NCBI GenBank assembly: GCA_003222635.1
Contig: QHWQ01000021.1
Span: 1,737-64,950, forward strand
Direction: 5' to 3'
DNA: 63,214 nucleotides
DNA from: Acidobacteriota bacterium
Lineage (GTDB): Bacteria; Acidobacteriota; Vicinamibacteria; Vicinamibacterales; UBA2999
A program made the position numbers and the translations under genes. This document shows, piece after piece, positions 30,051 to 40,315 of the stretch. The stretch's first letter is position 1. Each line of letters begins with the position of its first letter. The notes under the pieces are model-generated. The model searched no databases. It was not told the origin of the DNA and saw nothing but the letters and a program-made list of their open reading frames with translations.

Positions 30051-32774
30051 ATGAAGCTTTCTGTTCGCATCCGTCTGTCACTGCTGCTGGCCGCGCTGGC
30101 GGCGGCGGTCGCGTCCGCCGCCGCCCAGCAGTACGCCATCCCGCCGAATGTCGCCGCCGCGAAGCTCGAGGACGTCGTCCCCGTCGATCCGCAGATCACG
30201 GTCGGCCGGCTGCCGAACGGCCTGCGCTACTACATCCGCGCCAACCAGATCCCGCAGGCGCGCGCGGAGCTGCGGCTGGTCGTCAACGCGGGCTCGGTGC
30301 TCGAGGAAGAGGACCAGCGCGGTCTCGCGCACTTCGTCGAGCACATGTCGTTCAACGGCACGCTCCACTTCCCGGGGCTCGACGTCGTCAACTTCATGCA
30401 GTCGCTCGGCATGCGCTTCGGCGCGCACGTCAACGCGAACACGAGCTTCGACGAGACGGTCTACGAGCTGCAGATCCCGACTGAGAATCCGGCGGTCATC
30501 GATCGCGCGCTCCTGGCGCTCGAGGACTGGGCGCACAACGTCACGTTCGACCCGACGGAGATCGAGAAGGAGCGCGGCGTCATCCTCGAGGAATGGCGTC
30601 AGGGGCTCGGCGCCGAGGAGCGGATCTCCAACAAGCAGTTCCCGCTGCTGCTGAAAGGGTCGCGCTATGCGGACCGGCTGCCGATCGGCACGCCGGACAT
30701 CATTCGCAATGCGAATCCCGATCGGCTGCGCGAGTTCTACAAGGATTGGTATCGCCCGGATCTGATGGGTGTGGTCGTCGTCGGCGACGTCAACAAGGCG
30801 ATGGTCGAGAACCTGATCAGATCCCACTTCGCCGCGATTCCGACGGCGCTCGATCCGAAGCCGCGCCCGGTCTTCACCGTCCCCGATCGGCCGGGCACGG
30901 GCACCGTCTACACGACGATCACGGATCCGGAGGCGACGAGCACGCGCATCGACATTTCCGTGCGGATGCCTGCGCGCCGCTTCGTCACCATCGGCGACTA
31001 CCGCCGCTCGATCGTCGAGCGGCTGTTCGGCGCGCTGCTCTCCGCGCGCCTCGGTGAAATCTCGAGTCAGCCGAACGCGCCGTTCCTGCGCGCGCAGACG
31101 GATCGCGGGTTGCTGGTCCGCACGGCCGAAGTGACGACGCTCGTCGCGCTGGTGCCGCCCAACGGCGTGGAGCGCGGGCTGACGTCGCTCTTCACCGAGG
31201 TCACTCGCGTCGCGCGCTTCGGCTTCACGCAGACCGAGGTCACTCGCGAGAAGCTGAACACGCAGCTGTATCTGGAACGCGCGATGGCCGAACGCGAGAA
31301 GAGCGACTCGGGCCCGCTCGCGGACGAATACGTCCGCAACTTCATTCACAACGAGCCGATTCCCGGCATCGTCTACGAGTACGGCCTGAGCCAGCGGTTC
31401 ACGCCCGAGATCACGCTCGCGGAGGTCAACGCGCTCGCCAGGGACTGGGTGCCGGATCACGATCGTCTCGTCCTCGTCGCGGCGCCCGAAAAAGATCGCG
31501 CGCTGCTGCCGACCGAGGCGCGCATGGCCGCGGTCATCAAGGCGGTCACCGATGCACCGCTCACCGCCTATGTCGACACCGTCAGCAACATGCCGCTCAT
31601 GGCGATGAAGCCGGCGCCGGGAACGGTCGCGAAGGAAACGAAGAACGACGCGATCGGCGTCACGGAGTGGACGCTCGCGAACGGCGTGCGTGTGGTGCTG
31701 AAGCCGACCACCAACAAGCAGGACGAAGTCATTTTCCGCGCCGTGAGCCCCGGCGGCACGTCGCTGGTAAGCGACGCGGACTTCCTTCCCGCTGCCACCG
31801 CCGCGGATGTGATCGAGCAGGGCGGCCTCGGCACCTTCAACAGCACCAATCTCGCGAAGGTGCTCGCGGATCCGGTCGCGTTCGGCGTGCTGAAGGATCA
31901 GCTGAAGGTCGCGCTCGCCAATCAGCGATCGATGCCCGAGACGCTGTTCGACGAGACCCTCAGCGCCGCGCTCACGCAGAACCATCCACGGGCGCAGCCG
32001 CTGACGCCCGAGCGGCTCGACCAGATGAATCTCGAGAAGTCGCTTGCCTTCTACAAGGACCGCTTCGCCGACGCGAGCAACTTCACGTTCGTCTTCGTCG
32101 GCAGCTTCGACCTGCCGACGATGAAGCCGCTCGTGGAGCGGTATCTGGGCAGCCTGCCGTCACTGCGCCGCATGGAGACGGTGAAGGACGTCGGCATGCA
32201 TCCGCCGGCGGAGGTCGTCAACAGGGAGGTGCGCGCCGGCATCGAGCCGCGCAGCCAGGTGTCGATCGTCTTCAGCGGGCCGTTCCAGAACGACGAGCAG
32301 CATCGCGTCATCGCCAACGCCATGGCCGACACGCTGGGCGGCAACCTGCAGCGCACGCTGCGCGAGGACCTCGGCGGGACGTACGGCGTCAGCGTCGAAC
32401 CGAATTACCAGAAGCGCCCGACGCAGGAGTACCGCATCGCCATCAACTTCGGGTGCGATCCGCAGCGCGTGAACGACCTGGTCGCCGCCGCGTTCCGTGT
32501 GATCGACACGTTCAAGGCGGTGGGCCCGAGCCAGAGCCAGGTGGCCGACGCGCGCCAGGGGCTGACGCGCGACCTCGAGGTCAACAGCCGCGACAACCAG
32601 TACCTGCTGAACCGGCTGCTGTTCAAGTACGAGTACGGCGAGAACGTCGCGGACGTCTTCAACATGCAGCCGTTCTACGAGCAGGTGACCACCGCCGCCA
32701 TCCGCGACGCCGCGCGGATGTACCTGAACACCAACCGCTACGTGAAGGTCACGCTGATGCCGGTGACGAACTGA
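30051..32774 (+). CDS. PqqL-like single-chain M16 zinc peptidase (~40 aa missing near 31868)
   Basis: HFVEH, NANTSFDETVY, LREDLGGTY; lacks the block ending DLET..QL.Y that is present in the paralog at 40305. Confidence 0.92.
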   Translation: MKLSVRIRLSLLLAALAAAVASAAAQQYAIPPNVAAAKLEDVVPVDPQITVGRLPNGLRYYIRANQIPQARAELRLVVNAGSVLEEEDQRGLAHFVEHMSFNGTLHFPGLDVVNFMQSLGMRFGAHVNANTSFDETVYELQIPTENPAVIDRALLALEDWAHNVTFDPTEIEKERGVILEEWRQGLGAEERISNKQFPLLLKGSRYADRLPIGTPDIIRNANPDRLREFYKDWYRPDLMGVVVVGDVNKAMVENLIRSHFAAIPTALDPKPRPVFTVPDRPGTGTVYTTITDPEATSTRIDISVRMPARRFVTIGDYRRSIVERLFGALLSARLGEISSQPNAPFLRAQTDRGLLVRTAEVTTLVALVPPNGVERGLTSLFTEVTRVARFGFTQTEVTREKLNTQLYLERAMAEREKSDSGPLADEYVRNFIHNEPIPGIVYEYGLSQRFTPEITLAEVNALARDWVPDHDRLVLVAAPEKDRALLPTEARMAAVIKAVTDAPLTAYVDTVSNMPLMAMKPAPGTVAKETKNDAIGVTEWTLANGVRVVLKPTTNKQDEVIFRAVSPGGTSLVSDADFLPAATAADVIEQGGLGTFNSTNLAKVLADPVAFGVLKDQLKVALANQRSMPETLFDETLSAALTQNHPRAQPLTPERLDQMNLEKSLAFYKDRFADASNFTFVFVGSFDLPTMKPLVERYLGSLPSLRRMETVKDVGMHPPAEVVNREVRAGIEPRSQVSIVFSGPFQNDEQHRVIANAMADTLGGNLQRTLREDLGGTYGVSVEPNYQKRPTQEYRIAINFGCDPQRVNDLVAAAFRVIDTFKAVGPSQSQVADARQGLTRDLEVNSRDNQYLLNRLLFKYEYGENVADVFNMQPFYEQVTTAAIRDAARMYLNTNRYVKVTLMPVTN

Positions 32775-32908
32775 TTTCGGAGGGTACGCAGAAATTCCAC
32801 TATCGGGAGTGCACCGCTTCGTCCGAGACCGGTTCCGACACCGGTTCCCATTGACTCTCGCGATCGACGATGGCATCGTCGTCGATGAGGTTGTGAGGAG
32901 CATGCTCG

Positions 32909-33250
32909 ATGGAGCGGCGGGGCGGCTTGGCCATGGCTGACGATCGGTTCGAGCTCCGGCTCACGCAGGAGACGGGCGCGATACGACAGGAGATTGCGTC
33001 TCTCCGTGCGGACATGGCCACACGCACGGAGCTCGAGGCTGTCCGTCAGGAGATCAGCGCACTGCGTGAGAACGTCGCGACGCGCGCCGAGCTCGAAGCG
33101 ACGCGCCAGGAAATGGCCGCTGGATTTGCGCGGCTCGAGCGCCAGATTGCGGAATCGCGCGTCGAATCGATCAAGTGGTCCTTTCTGTTCTGGACCGGCC
33201 AGTGCCTCACGATTATCGGGTTCCTGGTCGTTTTTCTCAGGAATCGATAG
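32909..33250 (+). CDS. DUF1640/CCDC90-like membrane-anchored coiled-coil protein
   Basis: 20-aa repeats RQE...(M/V)ATR.ELEA, then IKWSFLFW and a TM anchor; start may be ATG 32933. Confidence 0.7.
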   Translation: MERRGGLAMADDRFELRLTQETGAIRQEIASLRADMATRTELEAVRQEISALRENVATRAELEATRQEMAAGFARLERQIAESRVESIKWSFLFWTGQCLTIIGFLVVFLRNR

Positions 33251-33256
33251 CCGCTC

Positions 33257-33294
33257 TTGACAGGCGTCGGCGGCATATGTATCGTCTGTCGATA
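33257..33294 (+). promoter_or_regulatory. Sigma-70 promoter with overlapping palindromic operator
   Basis: TTGACA (33257-62)-17 nt-TATCGT (33280-85); TATCG-N5-CGATA inverted repeat 33280-33294. Confidence 0.7.
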
Positions 33295-33312
33295 TAACGA
33301 CGGGCGATTGAC

Positions 33313-33621
33313 GTGCTGACCCGCAACGAGTTCCACGTTCTCCTCGCGCTGCTTGATGGTCCGCGGCATGGCTACGGCATCATGCAGGACGTCAAGGAGC
33401 TGACCTCGGGCGAACTGAAGCTCGGCCCGGGCACTCTGTATACGGCCATCGCGCGACTCGAGCGCGCCGGGCTCATCGGCGAATGCGAGGCCGATGCCGA
33501 CCGGCGCCGCTGCTACCGCATCACCAGAAAAGGGAAGTCCGCCGCGAGCGAGGAAGCCGAGCGCCTGCGGGCGCTCGTCCGGGCCGCGCGCAAAGGCGGG
33601 CTGCTGCCGAACGCGTCATGA
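33313..33621 (+). CDS. PadR family transcriptional regulator
   Basis: HGYGIMQDV, LGPGTLYTAIARL, RRCYRIT. Confidence 0.92.
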   Translation: MLTRNEFHVLLALLDGPRHGYGIMQDVKELTSGELKLGPGTLYTAIARLERAGLIGECEADADRRRCYRITRKGKSAASEEAERLRALVRAARKGGLLPNAS

Positions 33622-34451
33622 GGCGCGACTGGCTCTGCTCGCTGCTGCTGCGTCTGTATCCGGCGCCATTCCGGAAGCAGTACGGGCAGGAGATCACCGA
33701 CACCATTCGCGATCTTCGACGCGCCTCGTCGGCATCGACGCTTCGATTCTGGCTGTTCATCGGCGCCGACGCGTTCCGCGCCGCGATCGAGCAGCAGCGC
33801 GATGCGTGGAGGGGCCGCAGCCGCACCGCGATCAACTGGATCGCCGCCTGTACGCTCGGCGCCGCGGCATGGAAAGCGCTCGCCACCGCCCTGGCATGGC
33901 TGTTTGCGTATCTCTATCACCCCTACCTCGAAGGCACGGTGCTGAGTCCCTGGCTGTACGGCGCGACGCTCGGCGCCGGCCTCGGCATCGCGCAATGTCT
34001 CGTCGTCCGCCAGCTTCCACGTCCGGCATGGATGGTCGTGAGCGCGGCGTGTGCGGCCGTCGGCCTCGAGGTGGCGATGCGCAGCGGGTCATGGACGGGA
34101 CCGATCGGGTTCGGAACGGTCATCGGGGTGACCGTGGCGTGTGGGCAATGGATGGTCCTGCGCGAGCGGTTTCACCGGGCGTCGTGGCTGGCCGCCGTCG
34201 GTGGGGCTGTGCTGTCGGTGGCGGCGATCTCGCTCGGTGTCGCAGCCAATCGCGCTCCGCTCGCCGTCAATGCGCTGAACCACTACGCGACCGCCGGGGA
34301 TCGCGCGCCGATGGTCCCCGTGCAGATGCTCTATGCACCGATGGACTGGAGCGAGTGGATGTTCGGCGTCATCGCGATTGCGGTCTCCGGGCTCGTCGTT
34401 GGAGCGATTACCGCGAAACCTGTCGCGGCATTGTTGTCCGATGCGCGTTAA
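33618..34451 (+). CDS. PadR-associated membrane protein
   Basis: [19 protein letters not shown]-terminal motif typical of PadR-coupled genes; ~6 TM; ATGA coupling. Confidence 0.75.
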   Translation: MRRDWLCSLLLRLYPAPFRKQYGQEITDTIRDLRRASSASTLRFWLFIGADAFRAAIEQQRDAWRGRSRTAINWIAACTLGAAAWKALATALAWLFAYLYHPYLEGTVLSPWLYGATLGAGLGIAQCLVVRQLPRPAWMVVSAACAAVGLEVAMRSGSWTGPIGFGTVIGVTVACGQWMVLRERFHRASWLAAVGGAVLSVAAISLGVAANRAPLAVNALNHYATAGDRAPMVPVQMLYAPMDWSEWMFGVIAIAVSGLVVGAITAKPVAALLSDAR

Positions 34452-35325
34452 ATCTTCCGAGACTACGCCTCGTCATCTTTATCTCCGGCGCCGCGAGTTC
34501 GTCGCGATGTGTGCGGCGGCGGCCGCGTCGATCGGGATCGGCGTCGGCGCCTCCCAGCAGCGTCGCAGGCTGACGACGACGTCGAAGATGGTGACGACGG
34601 CCGACGCGCTCACGCCGTATGACGCCGTCACGCACTACAACAACTTCTACGAGTACGGCGAGGACAAAGACGATCCGGCCCGTTATGCCAACGCCTTTAC
34701 TGCCGCGCCGTGGACGGTCGAAGTGACCGGAGAATGCGCGAAGCCGGGCCGCTACGCGATCGAAGACATCCTGCGTCCGCATCCGCTCGAGGAGCGGGTG
34801 TATCGCATGCGCTGCGTCGAAGGGTGGTCGATGGTCGTTCCGTGGGTCGGCTTCCCGCTTCGTGACCTCGTTCGCCGGTTGGAGCCGAATGGGAATGCAC
34901 GATTCGTCGAGTTCACCACCGTTGTGCGGCCACAGGAGATGATCGGTCAGCGCCGCCGCTTCCCTGAGATTCTGTCGTGGCCCTACAAGGAAGGGCTGCG
35001 CATGGACGAAGCGATGCATCCGCTCACGCTGATGGCCGTCGGCCTCTACGGCGAGACACTGCCGAACCAGAACGGCGCGCCGCTGCGTCTCGTGGTGCCC
35101 TGGAAGTACGGCTTCAAGGGCATCAAGTCCATTGTCAGGATTTCATTCGCTCGCAACCAGCCGGCGACGACATGGCAGCAGGAGTGGCCCGAGGCGTACG
35201 GCTTCTACTCCAACGTCAATCCGGGCGTGGCGCATCCTCGCTTCAGCCAGGCGTACGAACGTCGTATCGGCGAGTTCCTCAGGTTCCGATTTGAAACCGC
35301 GATCGCGCGGCGCGTTCCGTCTTGA
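34441..35325 (+). CDS. msrP: Periplasmic methionine sulfoxide reductase catalytic subunit (C-terminus aberrant after ~35284)
   Basis: Tat motif [55 protein letters not shown]. Confidence 0.92.
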   Translation: MRVKSSETTPRHLYLRRREFVAMCAAAAASIGIGVGASQQRRRLTTTSKMVTTADALTPYDAVTHYNNFYEYGEDKDDPARYANAFTAAPWTVEVTGECAKPGRYAIEDILRPHPLEERVYRMRCVEGWSMVVPWVGFPLRDLVRRLEPNGNARFVEFTTVVRPQEMIGQRRRFPEILSWPYKEGLRMDEAMHPLTLMAVGLYGETLPNQNGAPLRLVVPWKYGFKGIKSIVRISFARNQPATTWQQEWPEAYGFYSNVNPGVAHPRFSQAYERRIGEFLRFRFETAIARRVPS

Positions 35326-35391
35326 GTACCCGTTACACATTTGATTGCAGACGAGGCGCCGGCACTTGGTCCAGAATGCATCGACCCTCAG

Positions 35392-35538
35392 ATGCGCAGC
35401 GCCATCTCGAACATCAACTGGAAACTGATCGCCTTCTGGGTGCTGCTCTGGTGGTTCGTCTATTCGGCGCCGACCGAAGGCTCGCTCACGCAGCTGCTGT
35501 CGAGCGCTGACGTGGCGAGCCAGGCCGACACCTTCTAG
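35392..35538 (+). CDS. Possible small single-TM protein
   Basis: MRSAISNINWKLIAFWVLLWWFVY..., GC3-rich codons; no RBS seen. Confidence 0.4.
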   Translation: MRSAISNINWKLIAFWVLLWWFVYSAPTEGSLTQLLSSADVASQADTF

Positions 35539-35548
35539 CGATGCCGCG

Positions 35549-37069
35549 TCATCGTCCGGTGCAGCGGTTCAGTGCGCCGACGACGGTGGTGAATCGGTCG
35601 CCATCGAACTCGGTCTGCGAATAGATTCCGAGCCAGACAAAGCGGGTACGCCCTGATCGCTGCGGCAGCGCTCCGCAGACGGTGAGCACGCCGCTGCGCA
35701 GCCTCGCGATGGAGCGGCTTCCACCCATGCTGACGTTGATCGTCGGCCAGCCTTTCGCCTGCTGGTGGCGCCAGTTGTTGAAGAACCCGATGTCGTACAC
35801 GCCCGGCGTCTGCGAGTCGTAGAGCTCCGCGAAATAGGCGAGCACGCGTCCGCTCGGATTCAGGTCGCGCGCTCCGACACGCCTCCACGTTCCGCCATCC
35901 TCGGCCATGAACTCGTAGCCGTTCTGCCGTGCGGCGGCGTTCAGCCGTCCGAGATTCGGCCCGCTGTCGTCGTCACCGCGCAGGCACCGCGCGATCAGCG
36001 TCCGGTCATCATGCTGGCTGCTGGTGTCGTCGTACACCCACATTCGCGGCCGCGCGCTGCTCGCGCCCTTGATCGTGAAGTGACCGTTGGCGACGTTGCA
36101 CGTGCGCCAGACGTTGTCGCGTTCGTTGGGCGGGTTCGGCTGGCTGCCCGCGATGTCGAGCGGCGGCTGCAGCGGCACCCAGCAGCCGTTGCGCCGCGGA
36201 GGACCGCTGTACCGGTCGAAGTCGATCGACTTCGCATAGGTGGCGAACATCACATGGATGCGCCTGCGGCACGGGGCCGCCGCCTGCAGTTGGCGTGTGC
36301 CGCCGTCGCCCGAGAGATCCGGGAACGCGAGCTGATCGATCTCGTCTCCGGTCAGCGCGCGCGACCACCAGCCGATCTCATCGAGCATGCCCTGCAGCGG
36401 CCTCGTGGCGTCCTGTCCGGTGCAGGCACCTGATGCGGCAGTCAGTTCGGCGCCATTCGAGACATTGGTCGGCTCCCCGCTCGTCGCGCTCGAATCGAGC
36501 GCGCCGTCGACGTAGGCGGAGACCACCGTGCCGCGGCGCACGACGGCGACGTGGTGAAACAGGCCATCGTTGAGCGCATCCACACTGAAGAACACCACGT
36601 AGTTGGTGGCCGAGGCATCCTGATCGAGCTCGGTGACGAGATGGCCATCCTGCAGGCGCAGGTTCCAGAAGTTCGAGTGATCGCAGATGGACCGCTTGGC
36701 AAAGAGATCGACAAGACCGGCCTGCGTGGTCTCCAACCAGAAGGCGAAGGTGAAGTCACCGCTGCCCACGTCGGCGGCGGCGCTGCCGAAGTTCACATGG
36801 GCGCCGCTGCCGTCGAAGCTGAATGCCTCGCCGGACTGCGTCGGCTCGAACGTGACGGTGCCAGCCAGCGTGCCGTTGTTGCCTCCCACCGCGTCATTGG
36901 CGTTGCCGTCAGCCGGCCAGTAGCTTTCGAGGCCGGCGGCCAGCGTGCCGTCCGGCGCGGATGCGACGACGCCGCGCGTGAACACGAACGCGGCGAGCAC
37001 GGCTCCGCACAGAGCAATGAATGCGCACGACGATGTGATTCGGATAGGGGATGTGTGAACGGTCTTCAT
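35549..37069 (-). CDS. Secreted LamG/concanavalin-like domain protein with unassigned C-terminal domain
   Basis: YWPADGNAND, FTFAFW, HHVAVVR..YVDG, GMLDEIGWWSRAL. Confidence 0.8.
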   Translation of the reverse strand: MKTVHTSPIRITSSCAFIALCGAVLAAFVFTRGVVASAPDGTLAAGLESYWPADGNANDAVGGNNGTLAGTVTFEPTQSGEAFSFDGSGAHVNFGSAAADVGSGDFTFAFWLETTQAGLVDLFAKRSICDHSNFWNLRLQDGHLVTELDQDASATNYVVFFSVDALNDGLFHHVAVVRRGTVVSAYVDGALDSSATSGEPTNVSNGAELTAASGACTGQDATRPLQGMLDEIGWWSRALTGDEIDQLAFPDLSGDGGTRQLQAAAPCRRRIHVMFATYAKSIDFDRYSGPPRRNGCWVPLQPPLDIAGSQPNPPNERDNVWRTCNVANGHFTIKGASSARPRMWVYDDTSSQHDDRTLIARCLRGDDDSGPNLGRLNAAARQNGYEFMAEDGGTWRRVGARDLNPSGRVLAYFAELYDSQTPGVYDIGFFNNWRHQQAKGWPTINVSMGGSRSIARLRSGVLTVCGALPQRSGRTRFVWLGIYSQTEFDGDRFTTVVGALNRCTGR

Positions 37070-37188
37070 GCGGGGCCCTCTCGTGAGGGCCCAGTATCGA
37101 AGCGCGTCGGAACGCGTGTAAAGCTCGTCCGCCGGGATGTGACGCGCGTGTCAGGCCGTGCGCCTGCAGTCACACGTCGCGACAATCG

Positions 37189-38051
37189 TTACGACTGACC
37201 CTTCAGGTACTTCTTCAGCCTCTCGGTGCTGACCTCGGCGCCGTAGACGTTTAGCCGGGGTTCTGCTTCGAGTTCGACTGCGAGTCGGCGACCACCATGT
37301 GGTCGTTGCGATCGATGTAGATGCCGCTCGGCCGCCCGAACTGCTTCCACTGATCGAGGAACTTGCCGTCCTGATCGAAGATCTGGACGCGGCTGTTGCT
37401 GCGATCGGCGACGAAGATGCGGCCGCGCGAATCGATGGCGATGCTGTGCGGGGTGTCGAACTCGCCAGGTCCCGTGCCGCGCTTGCCCCACGCCTTGATG
37501 AACTTGCCGTCCTTCGAGAACTTCATGATGCGATTGACTGGCGTGTCGGCGATGTGGCCGTCGGCGACGAAGATGTCGCCGTTGGCCGCGATGGCGACGT
37601 CGCACGGGCCGCTGAACACGTCGGTGCCGCTGCCGGCGACACCGGCCTTGCCGAGCGACATCAGCAGCTTTCCGTCACGGTTGAACTTGAGGACCTGGTT
37701 GCCCTTGCCGTCTTTCACCTGCGCGTCGGTGACCCAGACGTTGCCGTCGCGGTCGATCGTCATGCCGTGCGCCTGCACGATCATGCCGGTGCCGAAGCTC
37801 GTCACGAGCTTGCCAGTTGGATCGAATCGCATCACGGGCGGATCCGATCGATGGAAGACCCACATGTCGCCGTTGGCGGCAGGGTCGACGGAGATGACGC
37901 CGGCCCATTTGGCGCCGGCGGGCAGCTTCGCCCAGTTCGCGTCTTCGCGGTACGGATTCGGCGCGCTGCTCTGCGCGGCAATCGTGACGACAGCGATCAC
38001 GAGGAGGGTCACGAGGCCGGCTGCGACTTTCACCACACGTGCATGTGCCAT
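37189..38051 (-). CDS. NHL-repeat (peptidyl-alpha-hydroxyglycine lyase-like) secreted protein; deletion/frameshift near 37252
   Basis: GGAGG RBS; HGMTIDRDGNVWVTD, GDIFVADG, PHSIAIDSRGRIFVADRSN; last blade NVYGAEV...LKKY in another frame. Confidence 0.85.
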
Positions 38052-38092
38052 ACGGTCCTCCAGCAAATAGGACGCGATTGTAGCTCCGTTCG

Positions 38093-38410
38093 TCAGCGCG
38101 CGGCGGCGGCGAAGACCTGCCCGAACGCGTTGGCAAGCGTGACGGCCATCAGAATGCCGCCGACGCCGATCGTGACCATCGCCACGAGTCTCTTCGCATC
38201 GAACCGCCCGGCGCGCAGCAGCGTGATTCCGACGATGAAATTGAAGCTGCCCCAGAGCACGTTGATGATGGGCGAGGACATCCCTTGTCCGGGCGGCGAC
38301 GCGAACGGGCTGGGAAACGGACGGCCGGAGATGCCGTTGGTGAAGTGCGGGACGGAATTGACCAGAAAGACGCCTGCGAAGAACAGCGCCAAGTAGTGAT
38401 ACCAGCGCAT
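38093..38410 (-). CDS. Small membrane protein
   Basis: AAGGAG RBS; NSVPHF..G..G.PFPSPFA.PPG...NVLWG; three hydrophobic helices. Confidence 0.8.
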   Translation of the reverse strand: MRWYHYLALFFAGVFLVNSVPHFTNGISGRPFPSPFASPPGQGMSSPIINVLWGSFNFIVGITLLRAGRFDAKRLVAMVTIGVGGILMAVTLANAFGQVFAAAAR

Positions 38411-38549
38411 GTCGGCTCCTTGTTGCAAATGGATGGCGATAGCCTTGCTCAACTCGGTGCCCGTGTCCAGCGCCTTTCACTCATTCTTTCTGTACGCTCA
38501 GGCGACGAAGCCACGGAGAACACCAGCATGAAGGTTGCTGGACGAAGGC

Positions 38550-38771
38550 TCAGGCCTTGTGTACAGCGGTGACGACGCCCACCAGGAAATCGAGCCGGAT
38601 GCGCTCGCCATCCTGCAGCCCGGGGCCGAGCGCCTCCGCGCCGACGCGCGCCACGCGCGTCTGCCCATCGGATTCATCGACGAACTTGTAGTGGACGTCG
38701 TACGACAGCTGCCCGTGGATGCTGATCGGCTGCAGCTTGTGGAGCACCGCCTCGCGAGAGCCTTTAAGCAT
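38550..38771 (-). CDS. Small hypothetical protein
   Basis: Directly downstream of dinB on the same strand; typical codon usage. Confidence 0.7.
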   Translation of the reverse strand: MLKGSREAVLHKLQPISIHGQLSYDVHYKFVDESDGQTRVARVGAEALGPGLQDGERIRLDFLVGVVTAVHKA

Positions 38772-38778
38772 GAAGCGT

Positions 38779-39879
38779 CTAGGTTACTGCGTCGAAGGGG
38801 AGCCGTGGCTGCGGATGTTCCGGCGGCACAAACGGCGTTTCACACAGATTATGCACGCTGACGCCGAGCAGGCGCACGGGGACGCGCCCGGCATCCGTGC
38901 GCTCCAGCAGCGCCAAGGCGCGGCGGACGATGGTCTCCTCGTCCCGCGTCGCGTCTTCCGTGTGGCTGCGCGTGATCGTCGTGAAGTCGTGATAACGGAC
39001 CTTGATGGTCACCGTCCGCGCGTACAGCGCGCGCTTGAGCAGCCACCCGGCGGCATCGCGCGCCATCGCGGCGATCTCGTCGCGGATGTCGTTGATGTCG
39101 CTGAGATCGTGCGCGAAGGTGTTCTCACTTCCAGACGACTTCGGCTCGTGCCCGGCGACGACGGCGCGATCGTCCTCCCCGCGCGCGAGATGCTGCAGCC
39201 ACTCGGCGAGCGAGCCGACGGTGGTGCGCAGCACGTCCGGATCGGCGGCGCGCACGTCAATCAGCTTCTCGATGCCCGCGGCGCGCAGTTTCTTCGCGGT
39301 CACGGGCCCGACGCCCCACAGCGCATCCACCGGCAACCCCTGCAGGAACGATTCGACGCGCCCGGGCGCAATCACCGTCAGGCCATCGGGCTTCTTCCAG
39401 CCCGATGCGATCTTCGCGAGAAACTTGTTCGGCGCGACGCCTGCGGATGCGGTGAGTCCGGTCGCGGCGCGGATCTCATCCTTCAGCCGCCGCGCGACGG
39501 TCATGCCGAGCGGCTCGTTCCACGCGTTCTCGGTCACGTCGAGATACGCCTCGTCCAATGACATCGGTTCGACCAGCGGCGTGATCGACCGGAAGATGGC
39601 GAACACCTGCTGCGATACCGTGCGGTACTTGTTGAAGTCGGGATGCACGATCACCAGCCGCGGACAGAGCCGCACCGCGCGCGACATCGGGATCGCGGAG
39701 CGGACACCGAAGGTCCGCGCCTCGTAGCTCGCCGCCGCGACGACGCCGCGCTTGTCGGGATCGCCGCCGACCGCGACCGGCACCCCGCGCAGCGCCGGAT
39801 GGTCCCGCTGCTCGACGGATGCGTAGAACGCATCCATATCCACATGGAGGATGCGCCGCAAGCCGGGACGGTCGTTCAC
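38779..39879 (-). CDS. dinB: DNA polymerase IV
   Basis: HVDMDAFYASVE, SYEAR, SLDEAYLD, KFLAKIAS..KPDG, VRLLGV. Confidence 0.96.
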   Translation of the reverse strand: MNDRPGLRRILHVDMDAFYASVEQRDHPALRGVPVAVGGDPDKRGVVAAASYEARTFGVRSAIPMSRAVRLCPRLVIVHPDFNKYRTVSQQVFAIFRSITPLVEPMSLDEAYLDVTENAWNEPLGMTVARRLKDEIRAATGLTASAGVAPNKFLAKIASGWKKPDGLTVIAPGRVESFLQGLPVDALWGVGPVTAKKLRAAGIEKLIDVRAADPDVLRTTVGSLAEWLQHLARGEDDRAVVAGHEPKSSGSENTFAHDLSDINDIRDEIAAMARDAAGWLLKRALYARTVTIKVRYHDFTTITRSHTEDATRDEETIVRRALALLERTDAGRVPVRLLGVSVHNLCETPFVPPEHPQPRLPFDAVT

Positions 39880-39883
39880 GCGT

Positions 39884-40315
39884 CTAATTCCCAGTGGCGC
39901 CGAAGCCGCCGCGGGTGGCCTCGCGGAGGTCACTCACTTCCTGCCAGCTCACGCGGGGCGCGGGGAGCACGATGCCCTGGGCCAGGCGGTCGCCCCGCTT
40001 CACCTGCACTTCGGCGCCACTGATATTGAGCACCTGGATCTTGACCTCGTCTTTTGGGCCGCAATAGTCCGGATCGATGACGCCGACCCCGTTGGCGACC
40101 ATCAGTCCGCGCTTGAGCGGCGTGCTGCTTCGGGCAAGAATGGCGAGGAAATATCCGGACGGGACCTCGATGACGAGCCCCGTCGGGACGAGCACGATCT
40201 GCCCGGGTGCCAGCCTCACATCCTGCGATGCGGCCAGGTCGAAACCCGCCGCTTCCTCGGTTGCGTACGTTGGGAGGGAAATAGTGGAGTCCAGCCGTCT
40301 GATCTTGAGGCGCAT
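39884..40315 (-). CDS. dut: dUTP diphosphatase
   Basis: AGFDL, ARSS, GVIDPDY, GDRLAQ, RGGFGATG. Confidence 0.95.
   Translation of the reverse strand: MRLKIRRLDSTISLPTYATEEAAGFDLAASQDVRLAPGQIVLVPTGLVIEVPSGYFLAILARSSTPLKRGLMVANGVGVIDPDYCGPKDEVKIQVLNISGAEVQVKRGDRLAQGIVLPAPRVSWQEVSDLREATRGGFGATGN

Noticed and set aside
32821-32849. 12-nt tandem/palindromic motif CCGAGACCGGTT-CCGACACCGGTT
   Set aside because: Only two units and no second locus in the window; cannot be assigned.
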